This document shows positions 49,797-58,470 of a stretch of 64,000 nucleotides of DNA, piece after piece (position 1 is the stretch's first letter; each line of letters starts with the position of its first letter). The position numbers were made by a program, and so were the translations under genes. The stretch comes from Patescibacteria group bacterium (lineage in GTDB: Bacteria > Patescibacteriota > Microgenomatia > UBA8517). The notes beneath the pieces are model-generated. The model saw only the letters and a program-made list of their open reading frames with translations. It was not told the DNA's origin and did not search any database. The stretch spans positions 117,940-181,939 of the forward strand of contig JAOAEL010000001.1 of assembly GCA_026416845.1 (NCBI GenBank). The letters run 5' to 3'.

Positions 49797-50513
49797 TCAA
49801 CTGTTTTTCTTTTGAAACCAATAACTATTTACTTCAAAAAGTGAATCGAAAGTCCCCGCGTCACGCCAGTAACCCTTCAATTCTGACCAAGAAAGTTTAT
49901 TTTCTTTTAAATACAACCTGTTCACATCTGTGATCTCTAATTCTCCTCTTTTTGATGGTTTGATGTTTTTGATTTTATCAAAAACAGTATTATCGTATAT
50001 ATAAAGTCCAGTTACAGCGTATGAAGATTTAGGGTTTTTAGGTTTTTCTGTTATTTCTATTATCTTTCCGTCCGAATCAAAGGTGGTCACTCCAAAGCGA
50101 TGGGGATCAATCACTTTCTTTAGAAAAATTTTGGCGCCATCTGAAAATTCTTTTACATCATCAGAGATATCAGCGTCTGTGCAATTATCACCTAGAATTA
50201 CAACTACATTTTCATTATCCGCATAATCCTCAGCTAAAGACAACGCATCGGCAATGCCACCTTCTCTCTCCTGGTACGCAAATGATAAATTTTTTATCCC
50301 TAAATGTTTACCGTTTCTTAAAACTCTCAAAAAGTGTCCCGCATGAGGTCCCCCTACAACAATCATAATATCTGTTATTCCAGCTTTCACCAAAGTTTCT
50401 ATTGGATAAAAGATCATTGGTTTATCGTAAACAGGAAGCAAATGTTTATTTGTTGCGTGCGTAAGTGGATACAATCTAGTTCCAAGTCCGCCTGCAAGTA
50501 TTACACCTTTCAT
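49797..50513 (-). CDS. rmlA: Glucose-1-phosphate thymidylyltransferase (short form)
   Basis: MKGVILAGGLGTRLYPLTHATNKHLLPVYDKPMIFYPIETL is a sugar-nucleotidyltransferase signature. The position upstream of rmlBCD supports the RmlA call. Confidence 0.75.
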   Translation of the reverse strand: MKGVILAGGLGTRLYPLTHATNKHLLPVYDKPMIFYPIETLVKAGITDIMIVVGGPHAGHFLRVLRNGKHLGIKNLSFAYQEREGGIADALSLAEDYADNENVVVILGDNCTDADISDDVKEFSDGAKIFLKKVIDPHRFGVTTFDSDGKIIEITEKPKNPKSSYAVTGLYIYDNTVFDKIKNIKPSKRGELEITDVNRLYLKENKLSWSELKGYWRDAGTFDSLFEVNSYWFQKKNS

Positions 50514-50748
50514 GCAAGGAAATTATATTCACTTAGTAAAAATTTGTACATATCAAAAATATCTCCTGCCAAATGCTTCCTTTATCCAAAAAATTCTCTT
50601 GTTTTTTGAACTACATTTTTAATCAAAAGTTTACAAAACTATAAATTCTTCTATCTTCAACTTTGCAATCTTCATTCATGTATATTTGTCAGCAACTTTT
50701 GATACTTTTCAACTTTATTGTTTTGTTTTTGCCACAAATCTAATTCAT

Positions 50749-51192
50749 TTAACTACACCAACAACCTCTTTTATCATCTTTTGCGTTAACCCAAAAAAAC
50801 CAACATCTACCTATATGCATTTCGAGCTCATACTTTGCCAAAAACGCATAGTCGTTTATTTCAAATTCAATCGCATGCGCAAGAGATAAACTAATAAGCG
50901 TTTGAGTGTATATTTTGTCTCTCAGGACTGGTTTCCTTTTGTATATTTTCTTTTTCCAAAATATCTGGCACTTTTTTATTGCGATACATAATAACAACAG
51001 TCACAAAACCAACTTCGCAAGCGCCACATCAATTATCTTTGCGCAAAAATCAGTACCAACAATAAGCTTGTAAACGCTTAACGGATCATCTTTTATAAAT
51101 AAAAATATTTCATTAATAACTCCAGCAAGCGACATCTGACCTTTTGTGGAACTAAAAAAGGCGTTTTTTGGGCTTAACTCAGAGTATAACAA
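50749..51192 (-). pseudogene. Possible gene remnant: 146-codon reading frame interrupted by a single in-frame TGA (51001-51003)
   Basis: ORF-track entries 51001-51192 and 50749-50997 are in the same frame and are separated only by one TGA. There are no recognisable motifs. They lie inside a 767-bp non-coding stretch. Confidence 0.15.
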
Positions 51193-51280
51193 TTTGTTTC
51201 ATAATCCCTCAAAAACAACAACGTACATAAAAGATTATAGCTTGATTAACTAAAATCTTTGTGTTGTATAATAACCAAGC

Positions 51281-52177
51281 ATGGCAAAATTTAACCCAAT
51301 TAAAAAAGCTGTGATTGCGGCGGCTGGATACGGCACAAGATTTCTTCCAGCGACTAAAAATCAACCAAAAGAAATGCTACCTATAATAGACAAGCCAATT
51401 ATTCAATATTTGGTGGAGGAAGCAATAGATAGTGGAATTGAAGACATTATTTTAGTGACAAGACATGGGCATTCAGCAATGGAAAATCATTTTGATTCCA
51501 ATTACGAATTGGAAGTAATGTTGGAAAGTCAAGGAAAAACGGAACTGTTGGAAAAAGTCAGAAGAGTTTCCCAAATGGCAAATGTGGTATATGTAAGACA
51601 AAGAAAACATTTGCCATACGGCAATGGAACCCCGCTTCTGACAGTAAAAGACTTAATAAGCCAAAACGAAAGATTTGTTTATATGTTTGGAGACGATTTG
51701 GTTTTATCTAAAATACCATGCACAAAACAAATCATTGATTATTCTGACAAAAAGGATGGAGCCGTTATCGCAGCTGTTCAAGAAGTGCCTTTGGAGGAAG
51801 TAAAAAGATACGGCATATACAAAATTGCCAAAGGATCAAATGATAAAGTCGAAAATGCCATAGAAAAGCCATCGCCAGAAGAGGCCCCATCACAACTTGC
51901 ACAATTTGGTAGGTTTGTGCTTAATTATGAAATCATAAATGTGCTTAATAAAAACTATAAAGAAGGGAAGCTTGGCAAGGATGGCGAGCTCTGGCTTACA
52001 GACGCGATAATATCTTACGCTCAAAAAAATCCTGTCTACGCGGCAAAAATAGATGGTGAATGGATGACAACTGGCGATCCTCTCAGGTACATGCAAGCAC
52101 AAGTAAAATTTGCGCTGGCAAGAGAAGATATAGGCAAAAGCTTTGCAGAATTCTTAAAAACTCTTAAACTCGATTAA
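51281..52177 (+). CDS. galU: UTP--glucose-1-phosphate uridylyltransferase
   Basis: KAVIAAAGYGTRFLPATKNQPKEMLPIIDKPIIQYLVEEA and the downstream VEKP motif region. 298 aa. Confidence 0.85.
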   Translation: MAKFNPIKKAVIAAAGYGTRFLPATKNQPKEMLPIIDKPIIQYLVEEAIDSGIEDIILVTRHGHSAMENHFDSNYELEVMLESQGKTELLEKVRRVSQMANVVYVRQRKHLPYGNGTPLLTVKDLISQNERFVYMFGDDLVLSKIPCTKQIIDYSDKKDGAVIAAVQEVPLEEVKRYGIYKIAKGSNDKVENAIEKPSPEEAPSQLAQFGRFVLNYEIINVLNKNYKEGKLGKDGELWLTDAIISYAQKNPVYAAKIDGEWMTTGDPLRYMQAQVKFALAREDIGKSFAEFLKTLKLD

Positions 52178-52192
52178 AAAATAATCTTTTTC

Positions 52193-52456
52193 TTAGGACC
52201 TAAGCAACAAAGAAAATACAACAGTTACACCTAAAATCGCGATCATAATATACTCTGCCACAATAGAAATCTGCAAATCCCCTTTTGTGTGATGGTGAAC
52301 AATCCCCCAAGCTACATAACCAGTCGCCATAGCTATCACAACAGCCATTCTTGCGCCTAAATCGTAAGAAAACACATTAAATCCAATTACTCCAGCCAAA
52401 AGCACACCAAAAAGTGGAAGATATTGTTGAGCATATTTTGCTATTTTTTTCTTCAT
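52193..52456 (-). CDS. Small membrane protein (2-3 TM), unknown function
   Basis: 87 aa with hydrophobic stretches LPLFGVLLAGVIGF and IMIAILGVTVVFSLLL. Co-directional with the CAP-domain gene. Confidence 0.3.
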   Translation of the reverse strand: MKKKIAKYAQQYLPLFGVLLAGVIGFNVFSYDLGARMAVVIAMATGYVAWGIVHHHTKGDLQISIVAEYIMIAILGVTVVFSLLLRS

Positions 52457-52496
52457 ATAAAATTTGATTATTTTTTTTAATTCAATTTAACTTTTT

Positions 52497-53447
52497 TTAA
52501 AGAATCTCTCCAGCCTTGGCTACAATAATAATTACTATAATCATGACCAAAAAAGCAAAATGCGCAAAATTCTTGCCCCCTATACGCGGAACTTTTCTAA
52601 CTGCAATTAAAGCGCCATCAATAACTGTAGCAATAGACAATAAACCAACTACAATCAAGGAAACATTCTTTGTAGTGTCAAAAGGAGAAATCTTCAAAGA
52701 TGAATCTTTCTCAACCAAACCCGTAGAAGATGCGACATATACTACAACAGGTTCTGTTTCGCTTGGCGTATGAGTGGGAGTTGGAATAATAGTTGGACTT
52801 TTGACAGCAGTTTCAAATTTTGATTCAGGCAGTTTTTTCGAAACGCTATTTTTTTGAGCAACCGGCAATTGGGATGAAGATGCTTGAGTCCCAAAAAGCT
52901 GGACAATTATTGTAGTGTCAACTCCATTTAAATCACCTTCAACAACAGCAACGCCAATTTCCGTGTATTTTGGAGAAAGCAAATTTTCCTTGTGCGAAGG
53001 GGAAGCCATCCAAGCATCAACAGCAGAAACTGCATTGGCAAAATCGCGTGCCAAATTCTCGCCGGCATATTTGTAATTGTATCCAACCAAATTAAAAAAA
53101 TACCAAGGCTGAGTCCCATCAGGAGCCACATGCGCCCAATAATCATTGGCTAGCATATGCTCACCTTTTTTTCTGGCGGCTTCGGCAAGCAATGGGTTAT
53201 TCTTAAGCTCGGGCAAACCATTAGCCACACGCTTTTGATTAGAAATAGAAATCACTTCAGTAACAGATATTTGAGAAGCATACCCCAAAACACGAGCTCC
53301 TGTTTGCGGCAAGAAACTAATTATGGCTTGAACCAAAAGCAAAAATGCCAAAACATAAGTAAGAAAGCTAAAATGCAAAACTCTTGCTCTTTGATTGTTG
53401 CTATGATGTGGAGTGAAATAATGCAAAAAAAGGCTAACAAGTATCAT
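52497..53447 (-). CDS. CAP/SCP-domain (YkwD-like) protein with an N-terminal TM, a Pro/Thr-rich linker and a C-terminal membrane anchor
   Basis: NDYWAHVAPDGTQPWYFFNLVGYNYKYAGENLA...WMASPSHKENLLSPKYTEIGVAV is a CAP-domain signature, followed by the PTIIPTPTHTPSETEP linker and C-terminal hydrophobic helices. Confidence 0.7.
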   Translation of the reverse strand: MILVSLFLHYFTPHHSNNQRARVLHFSFLTYVLAFLLLVQAIISFLPQTGARVLGYASQISVTEVISISNQKRVANGLPELKNNPLLAEAARKKGEHMLANDYWAHVAPDGTQPWYFFNLVGYNYKYAGENLARDFANAVSAVDAWMASPSHKENLLSPKYTEIGVAVVEGDLNGVDTTIIVQLFGTQASSSQLPVAQKNSVSKKLPESKFETAVKSPTIIPTPTHTPSETEPVVVYVASSTGLVEKDSSLKISPFDTTKNVSLIVVGLLSIATVIDGALIAVRKVPRIGGKNFAHFAFLVMIIVIIIVAKAGEIL

Positions 53448-53595
53448 ACCTAAAATTAAAAGGCAATTTATCTATTCATATTAGTTAGATAAAAGCCAAA
53501 TGGCAACCAATAATTTTTATTACGATGTTACAAATTGATATTTTTAAGTCTACAAATGACTAACTTTGCTTTTATTTGCGCATTTAAGATATGGT

Positions 53596-53630
53596 TGACA
53601 CAAAAACCGAAACAGGATTTAAATAAGTTA
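53596..53630 (+). promoter_or_regulatory. Candidate sigma70-type promoter upstream of the first TasA-like gene
   Basis: TTGACA (53596-53601), a 17-nt spacer, then TTTAAAT as a -10-like element. GGAG is 9 nt before the ATG at 53673. Confidence 0.3.
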
Positions 53631-53672
53631 GCTTTAGCTTCTTAACTGTCAACCGCTCACGGAGACATTGAG

Positions 53673-54860
53673 ATGGTTTGTACCCTTAATTTACGGTTTG
53701 TTTTTCTCATGAAGCAAATATTACTGTCCATCGCCACAATAGCCGCAATAGGAAGCATATCTTTTGGCTTGTCCTCGGCTTTTTTTTCTGACACAGAAAC
53801 TTCGCAGGCAAACTCTTTGACTGCTGGATCTTTTGACCTTTTGTTAAACGGAGGCAACAACACTTCCGCGATTGTGAACATTAATGATTTAAAACCGGGA
53901 GACAATCAAATAGTAGAAAAATCTTTGCGAATAGAAGATAACTCGGGTTATGTTTTCATGCACATAAAAGATCTGTTACCTTCTCAAGGCACGCAAACAG
54001 AACCTGAGATCTTAGAAGAAAATGGCACTCCAAAATTTGACATACAAAACTACATCAAATACGATCTTGAAGCAAACAACCAAACAATCATTTCATTAGA
54101 CAACCAAGTTTTTCTGCCGGAAGTCGTCTCTTGCTGGATACCTCTTGGAGAATTGCCAGGACAAACAAATGTTTCTGTAAAACAAAGTTTTCACTTGGAT
54201 CCGAACGTCACAAATTGGGCACAAGGAGACACGCTTAGCTTTGTTGAAGAATTTTATTCTGTTCAGAGCAGAAACAACTCCAATCCAGCTCCGCCAGTTT
54301 CTTTGACTGGAAGAATTTGGGATAAAAACATCAAAAAGTGTGTAAATTGTCCATCTGGGATTCTTTTTGCCGACGGAGTAGACAGCGCAAATACCAAACA
54401 AGGCACTTTGAAAAACGGCAATCCAATAACAGATCCAAATAGAACAAATCCTTTAAACGCAACAGGACCTAATAACTGGGTAAACGGCACAGGAACAAAC
54501 TTTTTCTCACTGGGAAAAGGAGGGTATATTACTCTGACTTTTTCATCGCCGGTGGTTAACGAACTAGGCAATGATCTTACCTTCTACGAAGCCACAAATG
54601 GCAGAGCGACATATCCTGAAGAGAAAGCGGATGTTTATGTAAGTTTTGATGGAGTCAGCTACTTTTTCATTGGCACAGTAACAAGTGAACCGGGTCCCGG
54701 TGGAGACGGCATTATGGAGTTAGATATCGCGCCTTCGGGATTGCCTTCCATAAAATATGTGCGTTTAATAGACACGACAAATTTCACTCCTCACGCAAAC
54801 AACGCTGACGGCTACGACATTGACGCGGTAAAAGCAAAAAGCGCATGTCTAAAACAATGA
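53673..54860 (+). CDS. Secreted TasA/camelysin-like protein with a SipW-cognate-class signal peptide (alternative start at 53709, MKQILLS)
   Basis: N-terminus ...LLSIATIAAIGSISFGLSSAFFSDTETSQANSLTAGSFDL carries the A-FFSDTETS hallmark of SipW-dependent signal peptides. A NINDLKPGDNQIVEKSLRIEDN core motif is shared with the two paralogs. Confidence 0.7.
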   Translation: MVCTLNLRFVFLMKQILLSIATIAAIGSISFGLSSAFFSDTETSQANSLTAGSFDLLLNGGNNTSAIVNINDLKPGDNQIVEKSLRIEDNSGYVFMHIKDLLPSQGTQTEPEILEENGTPKFDIQNYIKYDLEANNQTIISLDNQVFLPEVVSCWIPLGELPGQTNVSVKQSFHLDPNVTNWAQGDTLSFVEEFYSVQSRNNSNPAPPVSLTGRIWDKNIKKCVNCPSGILFADGVDSANTKQGTLKNGNPITDPNRTNPLNATGPNNWVNGTGTNFFSLGKGGYITLTFSSPVVNELGNDLTFYEATNGRATYPEEKADVYVSFDGVSYFFIGTVTSEPGPGGDGIMELDIAPSGLPSIKYVRLIDTTNFTPHANNADGYDIDAVKAKSACLKQ

Positions 54861-55012
54861 ACAAAAAATCAAAATGGAACAAAAAAGATTTATCAATTTT
54901 CTTAAGTTAAAAAACTTTATCATTTTTGTCACTTCCAAGTCAAAAGCTTAAAGTGGCATGATGACAAAGTTTTTGCAAATCAAAAAAAGGGGGTGAAAAA
55001 AATTAAGTTTAT

Positions 55013-55933
55013 ATGAAAAAGATTTTAATAAGTTTGTTAACAATTGGCGCGGTTGGAAGCCTTGCTTTCGGAGCAACATCGGCATTTTTCTCTGATACAG
55101 AAACGTCAACAAACAACAAAATAGTCGCTGGGAAACTAGATCTGAAAGTTGATAGCACTGCCCATTATGCTGGAATGGTATGTAAAAATAATGTCTGGAC
55201 AGATGAAGATAATGATCAAACAAACAATCCAAGACCTGAACTTCTAGGTAAAACTTGTTCGGGCACTTGGACATCAACCGATCTTGGTCCAACAAATCAG
55301 TTTTTCAATTTGTCAGATGTGAAACCGGGCGACACTGGAGAAAATACGCTCAGTCTTACGGTTTTGGACAATGATGCTTGGGCATGCATTGTAATGAAAA
55401 ATCTTAAAAATGATGAAAATCAATGTACAGAGCCTGAATCTGACCCGCAAAGCGGCAACGACACAACATGCGGAAACGATCCGGTTGGAGCAGGACTGGG
55501 CGAACTTGCTCAAAATCTGTACTTTACAGCATGGTTGGACCAGGGGAATCAAGCAGGTTGGCAAAATTCAGATAATGACAATACAAATGACGATCCGGGT
55601 GAAGGAGATAACAAGTGGCAAGGTCCAACACTTGAACCTTTGTTATTCTCAAACCAACAAGGTCCCGCGTCTGATGTCCTAAATGGAAAAGTATACGCTC
55701 TGGCTGATTCCACAAACGGGAATTATTTAGCTGGTAGCGTTACTAATTACATCGGGCTTCAGTGGTGCGCTGGACAAATGACTATATCTGGAAACACTAT
55801 CAGTTGTAACGGGGCGACAATGGGCAATAATACCCAAACCGATTCCTTGACAGCGGATGTTTCCATTTATGTGGAACAACGCAGAAACAATCCGGCATTT
55901 AAATGCGCCGGGGCGAATCTGCTTCCTAATTAA
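55013..55933 (+). CDS. Secreted TasA/camelysin-like protein with a SipW-cognate-class signal peptide (paralog 2)
   Basis: MKKILISLLTIGAVGSLAFGATSAFFSDTETSTNNKIVAGKLDLKVD, followed by FNLSDVKPGDTGENTLSLTVLDN. Confidence 0.7.
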   Translation: MKKILISLLTIGAVGSLAFGATSAFFSDTETSTNNKIVAGKLDLKVDSTAHYAGMVCKNNVWTDEDNDQTNNPRPELLGKTCSGTWTSTDLGPTNQFFNLSDVKPGDTGENTLSLTVLDNDAWACIVMKNLKNDENQCTEPESDPQSGNDTTCGNDPVGAGLGELAQNLYFTAWLDQGNQAGWQNSDNDNTNDDPGEGDNKWQGPTLEPLLFSNQQGPASDVLNGKVYALADSTNGNYLAGSVTNYIGLQWCAGQMTISGNTISCNGATMGNNTQTDSLTADVSIYVEQRRNNPAFKCAGANLLPN

Positions 55934-55952
55934 TGATTGTTTTTCCAAAAAC

Positions 55953-55982
55953 CCCTCGGGCGAAATTTGTTTCGCCCGAGGG
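55953..55982. terminator. 13-bp perfect GC-rich hairpin (CCCTCGGGCGAAA / TTTG / TTTCGCCCGAGGG) between TasA-like gene 2 and sipW; candidate attenuator or partial terminator
   Basis: Seen directly. The stem is exceptionally GC-rich for this genome. The + strand has no U-tract after it (AAAGGGAG...), but the minus-strand reading is followed by GUUUUUGG. Confidence 0.45.
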
Positions 55983-56062
55983 AAAGGGAGAATAGTAAAA
56001 CAAAAAAAATTGCAATATATCAAATTTAAAAAATTAGGCACAAAAGTTTATGAGATCAGAAT

Positions 56063-57292
56063 ATGAAATACTTTAGGAACTTTTTTTATGTTTTCAAAAA
56101 CGCAAGTTTAATTTTGCTCTTCACAGCGGCTTCATTAATAACTCTTTCACATTTTGGGTATTTAAAAACAATTAAACCATACATTGTTCAATCAGGCTCT
56201 ATGGAACCGTCAATACCAACAGGAAGCGTGATCTTTTCTCTCCATTCCAAACTTTATCAGCCGGGAGACATAATCACTTTTTTTGCAAACGGTGATCCTA
56301 AAACTGTTGTTACACACAGGCTCAATTTCAAAATTTTTAAAGACAATCAAACTATATACATCACCTCTGGAGACGCAAACGAAGACTTTGACAAATGGGA
56401 AGTGAGATATGAGCATATAGTTGGCAAAGTTGTGGCAATCATACCACATCTTGGGCATGTGATCGATTTTGCCAAAACACCACAAGGATTTATAGCTCTT
56501 GTGGTTGTTCCTGCAACAATCGTAATCTATGAAGAACTAAAAAACCTCCTGCGAGAAATTGGCAAGCTCGTTTTGGCAATCAAAATTTTTTTTAAAAAGA
56601 AAAAGGAAGAAAATTCAAGTCTATTTAATTTCGCAAAAAGCGTCAATCTAAATAGAATTTTTGTTTTTGTGCCAATTTTAGGAGTGTTTGTCTTTATAAC
56701 CGCAAATTCCGGAGGATACTTTTTAGATACAGAAAAAAGCGCAGGGAACGTTATAGGAGTTGCAACATCGTATAATTCGCCAACAATAACACCTACCAAC
56801 TCAAACTCACCCTCGCCAACCATCTCTCCTACAAGCACACTACCACCCACAAACACAATAACCGCCACAGCAACGCCAACAACAACTCCCACAATTTCTC
56901 CTATGGTTAAGCTAAACGAAGCCGCGCCTGCAACTAATCCCGAATGGGTAGAAATTTACAACACATACCCTACTGCCGATTTTCTTAAAAATTACTGGCT
57001 TGACGATGACACTAGTTTTACAAGCGACTCAGGAAACTCCCCAAAAGTGCTAATGTCATCGCTTGACACATCGAACACTTTATTCCCAACCATAGACCTT
57101 ACAAATCCAATTTTTAACAATACCGGAGATTTTATAGTTATTTTTGATAACTTGGGAAATCTTGTGGACTCGGTTAATTACACCAGTAATTTTGGCACTA
57201 AATCCATCGGTCGAGAAATTGACGGAACAGGAATATGGAAATTCCCTTGCGCTAATTCAACAAAAGGAGCAAGCAACAACACAAAATGTTAA
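56063..57292 (+). CDS. sipW: SipW-type (archaeal/ER-type) signal peptidase I fused through a Pro/Thr-rich linker to a C-terminal lamin-tail domain (LTD)
   Basis: TM helix, then catalytic-Ser box QSGSMEPSIPTGSVIF, His box TVVTHRL, second TM GFIALVVVPATIVIY, linker TPTNSNSPSPTISPTSTLPPTNTITATATPTTTPTISP, then LNEAAPATNPEWVEIYN...GDFIVIFDNLGNLVDSVNY, which matches the LTD consensus. Confidence 0.8.
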   Translation: MKYFRNFFYVFKNASLILLFTAASLITLSHFGYLKTIKPYIVQSGSMEPSIPTGSVIFSLHSKLYQPGDIITFFANGDPKTVVTHRLNFKIFKDNQTIYITSGDANEDFDKWEVRYEHIVGKVVAIIPHLGHVIDFAKTPQGFIALVVVPATIVIYEELKNLLREIGKLVLAIKIFFKKKKEENSSLFNFAKSVNLNRIFVFVPILGVFVFITANSGGYFLDTEKSAGNVIGVATSYNSPTITPTNSNSPSPTISPTSTLPPTNTITATATPTTTPTISPMVKLNEAAPATNPEWVEIYNTYPTADFLKNYWLDDDTSFTSDSGNSPKVLMSSLDTSNTLFPTIDLTNPIFNNTGDFIVIFDNLGNLVDSVNYTSNFGTKSIGREIDGTGIWKFPCANSTKGASNNTKC

Positions 57293-58311
57293 AAAAGATT
57301 TTTCTATTATCAATATCGACAGCGGCAATTTTAACAGTGATCTTTTGGCACAAAAACACGACAAAAAATGTCTACGCAATAGATCCTCTGATAATAACAT
57401 ACAACAATTCGCCCACACCAAATCCAGTTTTTAATGTGGCAAATTTCTTACCCGGAGACAATAAGATCGAGAAAATTAAAGTAAAAAACAATTTGCCAAG
57501 CGGAAGCTTCGGAGTCTCGGTGGATGGGATATTGGATCAAGAACAAAAAAACTTGGCAGAAATACTACAAATTACTATCACAGAAGTTGGTTTTGGGGAT
57601 ATTTATGGAGGTTCAACTGGCAAAAAAACTCTTAAACAGTTTCTGAACTCGCCACCAATTAACTTGGGAGTATTCCCATCAGGAAGTGAGAAAGAATATG
57701 AATACAAAATATTTTTCCCACATGAATCAGGCAACGAATATAAAAACGGGCATGTTGTCTTTACGCTAATTTTCAACAATTTTATAACAATTGATCTTCC
57801 AAAAGAATGCGCTCACTTGGCAAATCAAATTGTCAACGTAATTGAAGGCACTGAAGGCAATGACAACATACATTCAACCTACCTTAGCGACCTAATACTT
57901 GCCAAAGGAGGTAACGATAAAATCAGAGCTTCAAGCGGAAGCGATTGTATTGTAGCCGGAGACGGCAATGACACAATAGACGCAGGCACAGGCAATGAAG
58001 TTATTTTAGGCGGAGGAGGAAATGACAACATAAGAGGTGGTACAGGAAACGACACTATCTATGGAGGAAGCGGAAATGACAGAATCGACGCGGGAAGCGG
58101 AGACGATGTAGTCTATGGCGATGATGGAGATGACAACATAGAAGGCGGAAGCGACAAAGATAAACTATATGGCGGCAAAGGCAAAGATGACATAAGAGGC
58201 GGAAGCAACAACGACCTTTTAGACGGAGGAGAGGATTTTGACAAATTAAATGGAAATTCCGGCCAAGACACGTGCAAATTCGGCGAAGTGCTTAGTTCTT
58301 GTGAACTGTAA
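57286..58311 (+). CDS. Secreted TasA-like core protein with C-terminal RTX (hemolysin-type) calcium-binding repeats
   Basis: Signal anchor MLKKIFLLSISTAAILTVIFW; FNVANFLPGDNKIEKIKVKNN core shared with the two TasA-like paralogs; then 12 tandem GGxGxDxxx nonapeptides (GGNDKIRAS ... SNNDLLDGG). ATGTTAA overlap with the sipW stop. Confidence 0.7.
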   Translation: MLKKIFLLSISTAAILTVIFWHKNTTKNVYAIDPLIITYNNSPTPNPVFNVANFLPGDNKIEKIKVKNNLPSGSFGVSVDGILDQEQKNLAEILQITITEVGFGDIYGGSTGKKTLKQFLNSPPINLGVFPSGSEKEYEYKIFFPHESGNEYKNGHVVFTLIFNNFITIDLPKECAHLANQIVNVIEGTEGNDNIHSTYLSDLILAKGGNDKIRASSGSDCIVAGDGNDTIDAGTGNEVILGGGGNDNIRGGTGNDTIYGGSGNDRIDAGSGDDVVYGDDGDDNIEGGSDKDKLYGGKGKDDIRGGSNNDLLDGGEDFDKLNGNSGQDTCKFGEVLSSCEL

Positions 58312-58470
58312 ATATCATGAAAAGTAAAATTTTATTGTTTGAATCATATTTTAAAAAATTTTTTATATATTTTCTCATTTTAACCTGCTTTAATTTATTT
58401 GGCGCTTATGCCGTCTAATAAATTTTGTCAGCAGGATTAAGATTAAAAAGAAAGGAGGTGAAAAGAGAAA

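Noticed and set aside
50998-51003. In-frame TGA joining two ORFs (50749-50997 and 51001-51192), raising the possibility of UGA recoding (genetic code 25, used by some CPR lineages)
   Set aside because: TGA clearly terminates the MacB-type ATPase gene at 44495-44497, with a natural C-terminus and an ATGA overlap to the permease start. All GT genes also read full-length under the standard code. So this is code 11; the interrupted frame is more likely a remnant or chance.
52178-52192. Short CTTAG-GAC-CTAAG palindrome between the convergent galU and small-ORF ends, considered as a terminator
   Set aside because: A 5-bp stem with a 3-nt loop is too weak to call, and there is no clear U-tract.
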